This document shows, piece by piece, positions 28,576 to 37,417 of a stretch of 64,000 bases of DNA. The position numbers and the translations under genes were made by a program. The stretch is from assembly GCA_963833575.1 (NCBI GenBank), contig CAWHXY010000007.1, positions 352,001 to 416,000 on the forward strand, given 5' to 3'. The notes beneath the pieces were generated by a model. That model was given only the letters and a program-made list of their open reading frames with translations. It did no database searches and was not told the DNA's origin. Origin of the DNA: Candidatus Bathyarchaeota archaeon (GTDB taxonomy: Archaea; Thermoproteota; Bathyarchaeia; Bathyarchaeales; Bathycorpusculaceae). Positions within the stretch are counted from its first letter, which is position 1. Each line of letters opens with the position of its first letter.

Positions 28576-31104
28576 TTACTTGAAGACCAATTTATTGTTC
28601 AGCTCTTTTGAGGGCAAACGCACAATAAAGGTCGTTCCTTTGCCTTCTTGGCTCTCCAAAGTGACCGTGCCACCCAACGCTTCAGTCATTCGCTTGATAA
28701 CGGCTAAGCCGAAACCTTGACCTTTAGACTTAGTTGTAAACATAGGTGTAAACAATTTATCCCTCACTGCTTCAGGAATGCCTACACCCGTATCCTTGAC
28801 CGTTATAAGAACATCTTTTGCCTCTTTGTATGTGTGTATGGTTAGTTTTCCACCTTTAGGCATTGCTTGTACCGCATTCGTCACTAAATTGTGCATAATA
28901 CGGTTTATGAAAGTAGAGTCAGCAACAACTTTCCTTGCATCATTTTCCACTTTAACACTTACTTTAATTGTTTCGGGGAAACTGTTCTTCTTCAATAATT
29001 CATCAATTACCTGTTTTACGTCAGTTTCCTCTGGATTTGGTTTAAGTGGTCTGGCAAAATCTTGCAGATCCGCTACAATCTTGTTAATGTAATCAATGTT
29101 CTTCTCAATTTCAGATAAGCTGTCTTGGATGCTATTTTTCTCCTCACTTTCTGGAATTGAATTTAAATCCGTTTTGGCCAAGAAAACGTCACCTATTATA
29201 GCCTGCAACGGATTACGGATGTCATGTCCGACCATACCTGCAGTGGCGCCGATTGCGGCTAAGCGTTCGGCATCCTTTAACTGCTCCGCTCTGTTGTTAG
29301 CAAGCTCTTCCATTTGGTTGGCGTATTCTTCAAGACGCACAGCAGACTCTTCAAGCTTAATTTGCATCTGTATCCTGTCGGTAATGTCCACATTTGACTC
29401 CAACATTTCGTCTATTTTGCCATCCGCTCCCAATCTACCCGACCAATAACTCTGCACAACCAACTTACTTCTATCTTTGCAAGTGTGAACAATTTCACCT
29501 GACCATTTACCATCCAGCTCAAGCTTTTTTACAATCTCTTCAATTGATTGTGAGGATTCCATTTTCAATAAGCTGCTAATGTTTTGTCCAATCGCTTTAT
29601 TCTTTGTCCAACCATACAGTTTCTCTGCGCCTTTGCTCCAAAAAGTAATTGTGCCATCGACCTTTCTGACAATTATGGAAACGGGACTAATATCGATAAG
29701 TTCAGCTTGCTTTCGTAATGTTTCCTCGGAATGTTCTTTTTCTTTACTTAGCCTCAACATCATGATACCATATGCAAAGTCGTTAACCAATTCAGTTAGA
29801 AGTTTCACTTCTTCATCAGTGAAGGGGTTTGATTCTTTACTGTATATGTTTAGTGCTCCAAACGTTTCGCCGTCGAAGGAAATTAAGGGAAGAACCAGTG
29901 ATGCGGTGTAACCTCTTTTATTAGCTTCTGAGCGCCAAGGCTTAAAGTTGGGATCTTTTTGCATGTTCTTGCAGACGCAAGGTTTTCCTGTTCTGATGAC
30001 TGTGCCCGTGGGCCCTTTGCCTCTTTCAGATTTTTCGTCCCAAGTAATCCTTAAGGCATCAATGTATTCTTTGTCGAAGCCAACGAAAGCTACTGGATGG
30101 ACAGTTTTTTCTTTGTTGTGCTCGGCAAAGCCAACCCATACAAGTGCATAGCCGCAGTCGTTGAGGATTATGTTGCAGACTTCTTGCGTGAATTTTGCTT
30201 CGTCATTTGCATGCATGAGCGCTTGGTTGCTGTTGCTGATGGCTCTTAGATGACGGTTAAGTTTTCGTAACGCTTCTCCTGCTTGTTTGCTTTGAGTAAT
30301 GTCCTCAAATACAGCCACAAAATACCCTTTCATTGGGCAGTACACAGAAATAGAAAACCACTTGCTTAAAGGCTTGAAATATATTTCAAACTTTTCTTCT
30401 TTGCAGGTAACTGCAACTCTACCATAGATTTCGAAAAGCTCAGGATTGGCTTCTCTAATTCCAGTTATCGCTTCGGTGACTTTTTTGCCAATAACAGCTT
30501 CTCTTTTCAAGCCAGTTAGGCGCTCGAATGCCTGATTAATTTCAAGATACTCAAAATCTATTGCATTGCCTGTTTCATCAAAGATCATTTTGCAATATGC
30601 AAAGCCATCCAACATGTTCTCAAATAAAGAACGGTACTTTTTTTCAGATTCACGCAAAGCATTTTCTGATTGACGCTTCTGGTAAATCTTGGACAGTTCA
30701 TTAGCTATAAGTTGAAGTTGGACAACATCATCTTTAGTGTATTCATTATTTTTGTTGCCAACACTAAAAACAATCTTGACCTTTTCTTTCTCAAATATTG
30801 GGATGCTCATAAATCGCGTGATCAAAACGTGACCAGAAGGAAAGCCCTTCTGATTAGGGGACGTCGCAAATTCATTATAAATGACTGGACGCTTAAGTCG
30901 AACACAATCAACCCAGTTTCCAGCCAGCTCAATTGTGTAATGAGTATCATAATTGGCTGCGCAATTTTTGAGTGCTTCCCCATTCCACGCAGTCAAGATT
31001 ATAGACTTTTGGTCATCCGAAACAAAATGGAAAAAACCAATTGTGCTCCCTGTAAGATTAACTGCGTGATCTAAGAAATAGTCATCAAGTTCCTTTTCGG
31101 ACAA
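28576..31104 (-). CDS. Cytoplasmic GAF-PAS-GAF-PAS sensor histidine kinase
   Basis: GHDIRNPL H-box; NLVTNAVQAM, DTGVGI, FTPMFTTK, GQGFGL; PAS and GAF blocks. The open frame extends about 35 codons upstream of the called start. Confidence 0.93.
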   Translation of the reverse strand: MSEKELDDYFLDHAVNLTGSTIGFFHFVSDDQKSIILTAWNGEALKNCAANYDTHYTIELAGNWVDCVRLKRPVIYNEFATSPNQKGFPSGHVLITRFMSIPIFEKEKVKIVFSVGNKNNEYTKDDVVQLQLIANELSKIYQKRQSENALRESEKKYRSLFENMLDGFAYCKMIFDETGNAIDFEYLEINQAFERLTGLKREAVIGKKVTEAITGIREANPELFEIYGRVAVTCKEEKFEIYFKPLSKWFSISVYCPMKGYFVAVFEDITQSKQAGEALRKLNRHLRAISNSNQALMHANDEAKFTQEVCNIILNDCGYALVWVGFAEHNKEKTVHPVAFVGFDKEYIDALRITWDEKSERGKGPTGTVIRTGKPCVCKNMQKDPNFKPWRSEANKRGYTASLVLPLISFDGETFGALNIYSKESNPFTDEEVKLLTELVNDFAYGIMMLRLSKEKEHSEETLRKQAELIDISPVSIIVRKVDGTITFWSKGAEKLYGWTKNKAIGQNISSLLKMESSQSIEEIVKKLELDGKWSGEIVHTCKDRSKLVVQSYWSGRLGADGKIDEMLESNVDITDRIQMQIKLEESAVRLEEYANQMEELANNRAEQLKDAERLAAIGATAGMVGHDIRNPLQAIIGDVFLAKTDLNSIPESEEKNSIQDSLSEIEKNIDYINKIVADLQDFARPLKPNPEETDVKQVIDELLKKNSFPETIKVSVKVENDARKVVADSTFINRIMHNLVTNAVQAMPKGGKLTIHTYKEAKDVLITVKDTGVGIPEAVRDKLFTPMFTTKSKGQGFGLAVIKRMTEALGGTVTLESQEGKGTTFIVRLPSKELNNKLVFK

Positions 31105-31545
31105 AAGTAATGCTTTCTGGTAAAGATCAAGAAGAAACTTGCCCCTCTCTATTTCGTTGTCCTGGTTATTTTTGTTTAATTTAGATTTTGTTTGATGATA
31201 AGACGCTATCTTTTTTAGCCTAAATTATCTTGTGCATTTTTAGGCAAGAAAAACAATCAGTCCTTTTATTTTAGAAAAATAGTACTGTACTTATTTAAAA
31301 ACTTTCAGAATTTAGAAGACTCCGATTTACGCTAAGAGAATTAATTCCAATTTTTGTTTCATTAAAATTCATTTTGAAAGGTCTTTTTCTTGGTTTTTGC
31401 TGGCGTTCATCAAGTGCTGCAGGCTAAAAAGGAAAAGCTCGGATTAAAAAAATAAGTACTTTACTCATAAATAGATGCTACAAAAGTTGAGCAGCCAAAA
31501 CCGTTTCAACCATCTCATCTTTGATATTAAACAGAGGATGTCACA

Positions 31546-31919
31546 TTGGCTTTTGGCTGCAACGCAAAAACCGCACAAAAATTTTTGGTCCTATTCCGTA
31601 TGCCCAAAGGTTCCACTTCTTCATGCCAAACGGCCACTATACAGGCGAAACAGCAAATGTCCCTTTGCACTTTCCTAAGAGACCTGGGAAGCATAGATGT
31701 GGAATCGATCAAGTTCCATTTCGAGCGCTTGACTTTCAAAAGTGGATAAGAACCACAATTGGAGATGAGGAACTCGCCCATAAAATCGACCAATTGGATA
31801 AAAGATTACCAGAAGAAACTTTGCAGCAACATTTAACTGACATAGTGCAGAAGCGAATTTCTGAACTGCAACTAATAGAAACTTCACCCTCAAGGTCTGC
31901 AAAAACCTGGGAGCCATAA
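31546..31919 (+). pseudogene. DUF5752-like small protein with three apparent single-base frameshifts
   Basis: Joined across frames: MAFGCNAKTAQKFL/GPIPYAQRFHFFMPNGHYTGETA/MSLCTFLRDLGSIDVESIKFHFER/DFQKWIRTTIGDEELAHKI... Confidence 0.7.
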
Positions 31920-31949
31920 ATAAGTCAAATCAAAATTTGTTTGTATTTT

Positions 31950-34900
31950 TCATAAGGGAAGTTCGATTATGAATTTTGTTCCTTTTCCAACTTCACTTTC
32001 AAACGCTACTGTTCCCCCCATTGCTTCTGTAAATCTTTTTACAGCCGCTAACCCCAAGCCTTGTCCTTTCACCTTTGTTGTCAGTAGCGGTGTGAATATT
32101 TTGCTTTTAATGTTTTCAGGTAGGCCTTCGCCTGTGTCTTGGACGATAATTTTTGCTTTCTCATTGCAGATGGTTGCCGATATTGTGAGTTTTCCCCCTT
32201 TTGGCATCGCTTGGATAGCGTTATTAGACAAATTTATCAGTATTCTTTGCAAGTAAGTTGAGTCAGCTTTTATTTTGGGGAAATCTTTTTCGAAAAAATG
32301 CGTGACGGTTATGTTTTCGGGGATGCTAATGGTTGCTAAGGCGGAGTTCACTATTTTTTCAAGATCTGTCTCCTCAATTTTTGGCGTCAAAGGCTTAGAG
32401 AAGTCTTGGAGATCAGCAACTATTTTGCTAATGTACTCGGTGTTCTTTTCAATTTCCATTAAGCTTTCTTGCACGTTTTTCTTCTCTTCACTCTCGGGAG
32501 TTGAAGCCAAATCTGTCCTAGCCAAATACACATCGCCTGTAATAGCCTGCAAGGGATTACGTATATCATGGCCCACCATACCAGCTACTGTACCAATAGC
32601 TGCCAACCGTTCAGATTCCTTAAGTTTTTGGGTTCGCTCTTTGACCAACTCCTCCAAGTTTTCAGAATAAGTCTGCAATTCTTTTCTGTTTTCTTCAAGC
32701 GTCTCCAGCATTTGGCTGTTTTCTAGAGCAACCGATGCAACTTCTCCAAAAGCTGTAGCCAAATGGGCGTCGCGTTCACTAAATCCTCCTTCTTTATTGG
32801 CTAAGCCCATTACGCCGACCACGCATTGATTAATCGTCAACGGCGCAAACAATACATTCTTGAGTTGGACGTGTCCTTCAGGCGAGAATTTTTGCCATTT
32901 GCTTTGCGAAAAATCATTTTCAACTGCCACTTTGCCAGAGTTGTATGCTTCGGCGCGGAGCCCGCGAATGGGCATTGGAAGCGATGGATCAACCGTGCAA
33001 GGTAGCCCGCCCGAATCCAAAAACAAAACCTCGTTTTCTTTTCCGTTATCACTTAAGAGAGCAACGTAACCGGCTGTTGCTCCAATTAATTCTTTGCAGA
33101 CTTTAAATATTGCACGTGCTGAATCATGGAATTCTTTGTTTTGAAGCACTGCTCTTGATGCACTCAACAGGGCTGAAATCTCTAACCCACGCCGCTGTGA
33201 TTCTTCGAGAGAGTTAGATAGCGCCTGCTCTATCTTCTTTCGTTTAGTAATATCTACATTTGATTCAAGGATTTCCACCAATTCGCCTGCCATGTTATAC
33301 GTAGCTAGCCACCAGCTTTGGAGTATCACAAGTTGCCCATCTTTGGCGCGGTGGGTGACTTCTCCAAACCACCTTCCCGTTTGCTTGAGTTCCTCGATTA
33401 TGTTTTTCGAAGAATCTGGATACTGAGGCTTTAACAGTTTTTGGGTTTTTTGTCCTAAGGCTTCGTTTCTTGTCCAGCCGTAGAGTTTTTCTGCGCCTTG
33501 ACTCCATAATGTGATTGTATCATCTGGGTTTTTCACTATCATGGCATCTGGGCTAAGATCAATAATTGCTGCTTGCTTTCTAAGAGCTTCTTCGACTGTT
33601 TTGCGTTCAGTAATATCAATGCATGTACCTACCCATTCTAGTACGGTATCGTCGTCCTTAAACATTGGAACGCCACGCACCTCGAAAAGACGATAAACCC
33701 CGTCATATCTGCGAACCCTGTATTCGACTTCATACACCTTTTTTGTTTTGACGGCCACTTTCCAAACCTTAACTGCATTTTCAATGTCATCAGGGTGCAA
33801 GGCTTTAGACCAACCCCAACCCCTGACCTCTTCGTATGTCTGCCCAGTAAACTTCCTCCAAGAAGGTATATCTTCCATTACTTCTCCGTCAGCGTTTGCA
33901 ATCCATCCCAATTCGCCTGAAACTTCAACAAAAGAACGGTAAACCTCCAAGTTTTTCCTTGCAAGTTCCATCGTTCTCTTAGGGTCAGTTACGTCCTTTA
34001 AAAGAGCCAACACCGTCTCAACGACGCCATTAACTGAAAATTCTGGAACAACAACATACTGATATATTCTCATTCCCTTAGAAGTTGGAAATTCAACTTC
34101 ACCATTTTCCGGTTTCCCAATTTCGATAACATTCTGAAGAATTTTGCACCATGTTTCAACGAATTTCGGAGGTAAGCCTACTTCTGTGTCTGTTTTGCCA
34201 ATAAATTTCCTTGGCGAAGTCCCCGTTATTTTTCCTATAACTGAGTTGACGTACAAGTAACGTAGGTTTCTGTCAAACCTCGCGATGATGTCTGGTGAGT
34301 TTTCGGCAAGCGTCCTATATTTTGTTTCTTCTATGTGCAATTGGTTTTCGTGTTTTCTTAATTCATTGACGTCCATGAAGGATAGGACAACGCCGTCTAT
34401 TCTGTTGTCTTCGGTTACGTAAGGTCGAATCCGCAGTTCATAAAAACGTCCTTTTTCATCACTTACCTCCATATTCTGCACCCCAAGCGTTTTGATAACG
34501 TCTAAGATGGTTTTCTCTAAATCAGGAACTGAAATAGCCATACGAACGTTAGATATTGGCAATCCAGTATCAGAAGGAACCAAGTTCAGAATTTTTTGGG
34601 CGGAAGGCGTGAAAAGCCTAATCTTCATACTTCCATCCAACATAACAACGGCAGGATCAACATTTCTAATTAAATTCACTTGATTATCACTTAATGTTCC
34701 AAGAGCTTGATTTCGGTTCTTCAATTCATCATTCAAAGTTGTTAATTCTTCATTGCTCGACTGCAGCTCTTCTTTAGCAGTCTCCAATTCCTCATTAGTG
34801 CTCTGTAGCTCTTCATTGCTCGATTGGACCTCCTCCATTGCAGAACGCAACTCTTCATTGGTTGCTTCCTGATTTTCGACTACCATCTGCAAAGCCCGCT

Positions 34901-36920
34901 TAGAAGAATCCAATTCATCCATTAATTCTCGAATTTGATTATCTTTTGCGTTCTCGCGCCCTTCAGGCGAAGCTGTAAGCTCAATAGTCCTACGCAGATG
35001 CGCCGCCGCTGAACTCACATCTTCAAACAAAACAAGAAAGAAAGGATCCTCACGCTGCAGTGGGATGACCTGAATATTCACCGTCTTCTGCAGTTCACCA
35101 GACTGAAAACGTATTGCCTCTTCTGTAACTTGTTTGCTCTCCTTTTTTGCCCTATAAACTGCTGTTTGCACCCCTGAGCGCAATTCCTTGCGAAGAATTC
35201 GGGTTATATTCAAACTTGTTTGCCCCGATTCGGGCGAAAGATAAGGCGTGACGTTTCCGCGGAAAACTAGAATGTCTAGATTACCATTGACTAACATTGC
35301 AGCAGGGACATATTCCGTTATTAGTAGTCGGTCCACTTCCTCCCGAAGAACAGCGTTTGCGTCTTTTTTGGCAGTTTCCTTGAAAGCTGCTTTCCTAACT
35401 TGGGGCATAGAAGCTTCAAAACCGAAATTAACGCGGGGCAGGGCGTTCTTTTTTGTGTAAACAAAACTTTTCTTTTGTACAGGTTCAAAAAGGGTTGTGA
35501 ATTTGCCGATGCTTTCAGATTCGCCTAAAATCAAAAAACCGTGGGGTTTCAACGCGTAATGTAAGATGGGCACTATTCTTTCTTGGAGTTGCGAGTCAAA
35601 GTAGATGAGCATGTTCCTGCAGCTAATTAGGTCCAAGTTTGAGAAGGGCGGATCAGCCGTTAAGTCTTGTTTTGCAAATATGCATTTATCACGAATGAAC
35701 TTGGCGATTTGATAGCTACCATTGGAGCTGGTGAAAAAACGTTTTAGGCGATTTTCAGAGACATCAGTTTCTATGCTCGTGGCATATATTCCTTGACGGG
35801 CTTTATCGACATTTTTTTCTTGCACATCGGTCCCAAAAATCTGGACCTGCACCTCTGAGTTTCCATTTTCTTCTAAGAATTCTTGAAGCGCCATAACAAA
35901 AGAATAAGCTTCTTCGCCTGTGGAACAGCCTGGAATCCACATTCTAAGGGGTTCTTGGGATGCTCTGTTTTTCAAGAGTTCAGGTAACAGTTTTTCCTTC
36001 AAAGTCTCAAAGGTTTTAGGTTCCCTGAAGAAGCTTGTTACACCAATTAGCATGTCGTCAAAGAGGGCTTTTAGCTCAACAGGATGTGTTTCCAAATATT
36101 CAGCGTATTTTGTTATGTTGTCTACATGGTTAATTACCATTCGGCGTGTAACTCGCCTGTGCACAACTGTCTCTTTATAATGAGAGAAATCCACGTTATA
36201 TGAAGAACGCAGTAATATGAAGATTTTTCGTAAACCTGTTTCTTTTTTCGCTTTGGGTTCTTGAGCTTCGATCTCAGCGCGAACCAGCTGAGGGTTTTTG
36301 GCAATTTTTGAAAGCTCTTTAGAAATCTTTTCTGGAGAAAGAACGAAATCGACGGCTTCAGCTGATATTGCACTTTGAGGCATACCTGCATACTGGGCAG
36401 AGTCTGGATTCTGCGCGAAAGTTATTCCTCCTTCAGCCTTAACTGCTTTGAGCCCTTCAGTTCCGTCAGTGCCAGTTCCCGAGAGCACTATCCCAATGGC
36501 TTGAGTTCTCCGTTCTGTGGCAAGAGACCTTAAAAAATCGTCGATCGGTCTGAGAGATTTACCTTTTGGATTAAGATTCAGAGCACCATTTGATAAAGTC
36601 ATTGTTGACCCAGAGGGAATTACGTAAACGTGATTGGGTTCCACTTGCAACCCATCTTTGACTTGAACAACAGGCATAACGGTGAATCTTGAAAGAATGT
36701 CAGTCAACATGCTCTCTTGACCCGCGGCAAGATGCTGAATCATAACAAAGGCTAAACCCGTATTGACAGGCAAAAACTCAAGCAATACCCTAAAAGCTTC
36801 TAAGCCACCCGCGGAGGCACCAACTCCAACAATCGGGAAATCAAGAGGGATATTAATTTTAGAAGAAGCCTTTTGTATCGAACCCTTTTTTCTATTTGAA
36901 ACCGTGAAAGCCACATCCAA
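31950..36920 (-). CDS. CheB methylesterase-CheR methyltransferase fusion with PAS/GAF domains and histidine kinase
   Basis: GASAGG/QH/GTGTDG (CheB Ser-His-Asp); IGVTSFFR and PGCSTGEEAYS (CheR); EELQSTNEEL coiled coil; several PAS, one GAF; GHDIRNPL H-box and HATPase. Confidence 0.95.
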   Translation of the reverse strand: MDVAFTVSNRKKGSIQKASSKINIPLDFPIVGVGASAGGLEAFRVLLEFLPVNTGLAFVMIQHLAAGQESMLTDILSRFTVMPVVQVKDGLQVEPNHVYVIPSGSTMTLSNGALNLNPKGKSLRPIDDFLRSLATERRTQAIGIVLSGTGTDGTEGLKAVKAEGGITFAQNPDSAQYAGMPQSAISAEAVDFVLSPEKISKELSKIAKNPQLVRAEIEAQEPKAKKETGLRKIFILLRSSYNVDFSHYKETVVHRRVTRRMVINHVDNITKYAEYLETHPVELKALFDDMLIGVTSFFREPKTFETLKEKLLPELLKNRASQEPLRMWIPGCSTGEEAYSFVMALQEFLEENGNSEVQVQIFGTDVQEKNVDKARQGIYATSIETDVSENRLKRFFTSSNGSYQIAKFIRDKCIFAKQDLTADPPFSNLDLISCRNMLIYFDSQLQERIVPILHYALKPHGFLILGESESIGKFTTLFEPVQKKSFVYTKKNALPRVNFGFEASMPQVRKAAFKETAKKDANAVLREEVDRLLITEYVPAAMLVNGNLDILVFRGNVTPYLSPESGQTSLNITRILRKELRSGVQTAVYRAKKESKQVTEEAIRFQSGELQKTVNIQVIPLQREDPFFLVLFEDVSSAAAHLRRTIELTASPEGRENAKDNQIRELMDELDSSKRALQMVVENQEATNEELRSAMEEVQSSNEELQSTNEELETAKEELQSSNEELTTLNDELKNRNQALGTLSDNQVNLIRNVDPAVVMLDGSMKIRLFTPSAQKILNLVPSDTGLPISNVRMAISVPDLEKTILDVIKTLGVQNMEVSDEKGRFYELRIRPYVTEDNRIDGVVLSFMDVNELRKHENQLHIEETKYRTLAENSPDIIARFDRNLRYLYVNSVIGKITGTSPRKFIGKTDTEVGLPPKFVETWCKILQNVIEIGKPENGEVEFPTSKGMRIYQYVVVPEFSVNGVVETVLALLKDVTDPKRTMELARKNLEVYRSFVEVSGELGWIANADGEVMEDIPSWRKFTGQTYEEVRGWGWSKALHPDDIENAVKVWKVAVKTKKVYEVEYRVRRYDGVYRLFEVRGVPMFKDDDTVLEWVGTCIDITERKTVEEALRKQAAIIDLSPDAMIVKNPDDTITLWSQGAEKLYGWTRNEALGQKTQKLLKPQYPDSSKNIIEELKQTGRWFGEVTHRAKDGQLVILQSWWLATYNMAGELVEILESNVDITKRKKIEQALSNSLEESQRRGLEISALLSASRAVLQNKEFHDSARAIFKVCKELIGATAGYVALLSDNGKENEVLFLDSGGLPCTVDPSLPMPIRGLRAEAYNSGKVAVENDFSQSKWQKFSPEGHVQLKNVLFAPLTINQCVVGVMGLANKEGGFSERDAHLATAFGEVASVALENSQMLETLEENRKELQTYSENLEELVKERTQKLKESERLAAIGTVAGMVGHDIRNPLQAITGDVYLARTDLASTPESEEKKNVQESLMEIEKNTEYISKIVADLQDFSKPLTPKIEETDLEKIVNSALATISIPENITVTHFFEKDFPKIKADSTYLQRILINLSNNAIQAMPKGGKLTISATICNEKAKIIVQDTGEGLPENIKSKIFTPLLTTKVKGQGLGLAAVKRFTEAMGGTVAFESEVGKGTKFIIELPL

Positions 36921-37022
36921 AAAGCATGTTACCTAGTTAACATGATTTCTTAGAAATATGCGACTCGAACAATTAATCGTTTATGCTTTGTACACATGCC
37001 TTAAGAAAAATTTAAGAAATTT

Positions 37023-37042
37023 GTGGACCGGCGGATTTGAAC
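37023..37042 (-). repeat. Degenerate copy of the tRNA-Ala 3' end (att-like)
   Basis: GTGGACCGGCGGATTTGAAC vs GTGGACCGGGCGGGATTTGAAC at 40531-40552; differs by two single-G deletions. Confidence 0.75.
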
Positions 37043-37341
37043 TGAAATGGAGTCAAAGACTATTCAGGGTTAGTAGAGGCGGGATGGCAAAACGGATAAG
37101 GGCGAAGGACATCATATTAGTGTAGGAGAGTCAATCAAAATAAAAAACAAAGCAAAAAACAAAGCAAAAAATGAAACCAAAAAAGAAAACCAGACAAAAA
37201 ACAAAGGAAAAAAGGAGTGGAAGCAGAGATAAAAAGCTGCTAAAGAAACAACGCGATACCAAAATAGGTTGGATTACTCTTAACTTTCCTTTGCTAACAG
37301 ATTCTCTGAAAAATCAATTCTGTTTGGTCCAGTTCTCTTTT

Positions 37342-37356
37342 TGGACCGGTGGGATT
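37342..37356 (-). repeat. Second, more degenerate tRNA-Ala 3'-end copy
   Basis: TGGACCGGTGGGATT vs TGGACCGGGCGGGATT. Confidence 0.5.
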
Positions 37357-37374
37357 GGGACTCCAATGCTTTTC

Positions 37375-37410
37375 TAAAAATTAAAAAAAAGGAAATAGGG
37401 TTTTTTGTTT
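37375..37410 (-). terminator. U-rich archaeal terminator after the beta-propeller gene
   Basis: Minus strand reads CCCTATTTCCTTTTTTTTAATTTTTAG shortly after the stop. Confidence 0.55.
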
Positions 37411-37417
37411 GGCATAA

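Noticed and set aside
37141-37377. Lys-rich ORF 37171-37377 and A-rich repeats
   Set aside because: Low-complexity A-tract spacer, which is T-rich on the transcribed minus strand.
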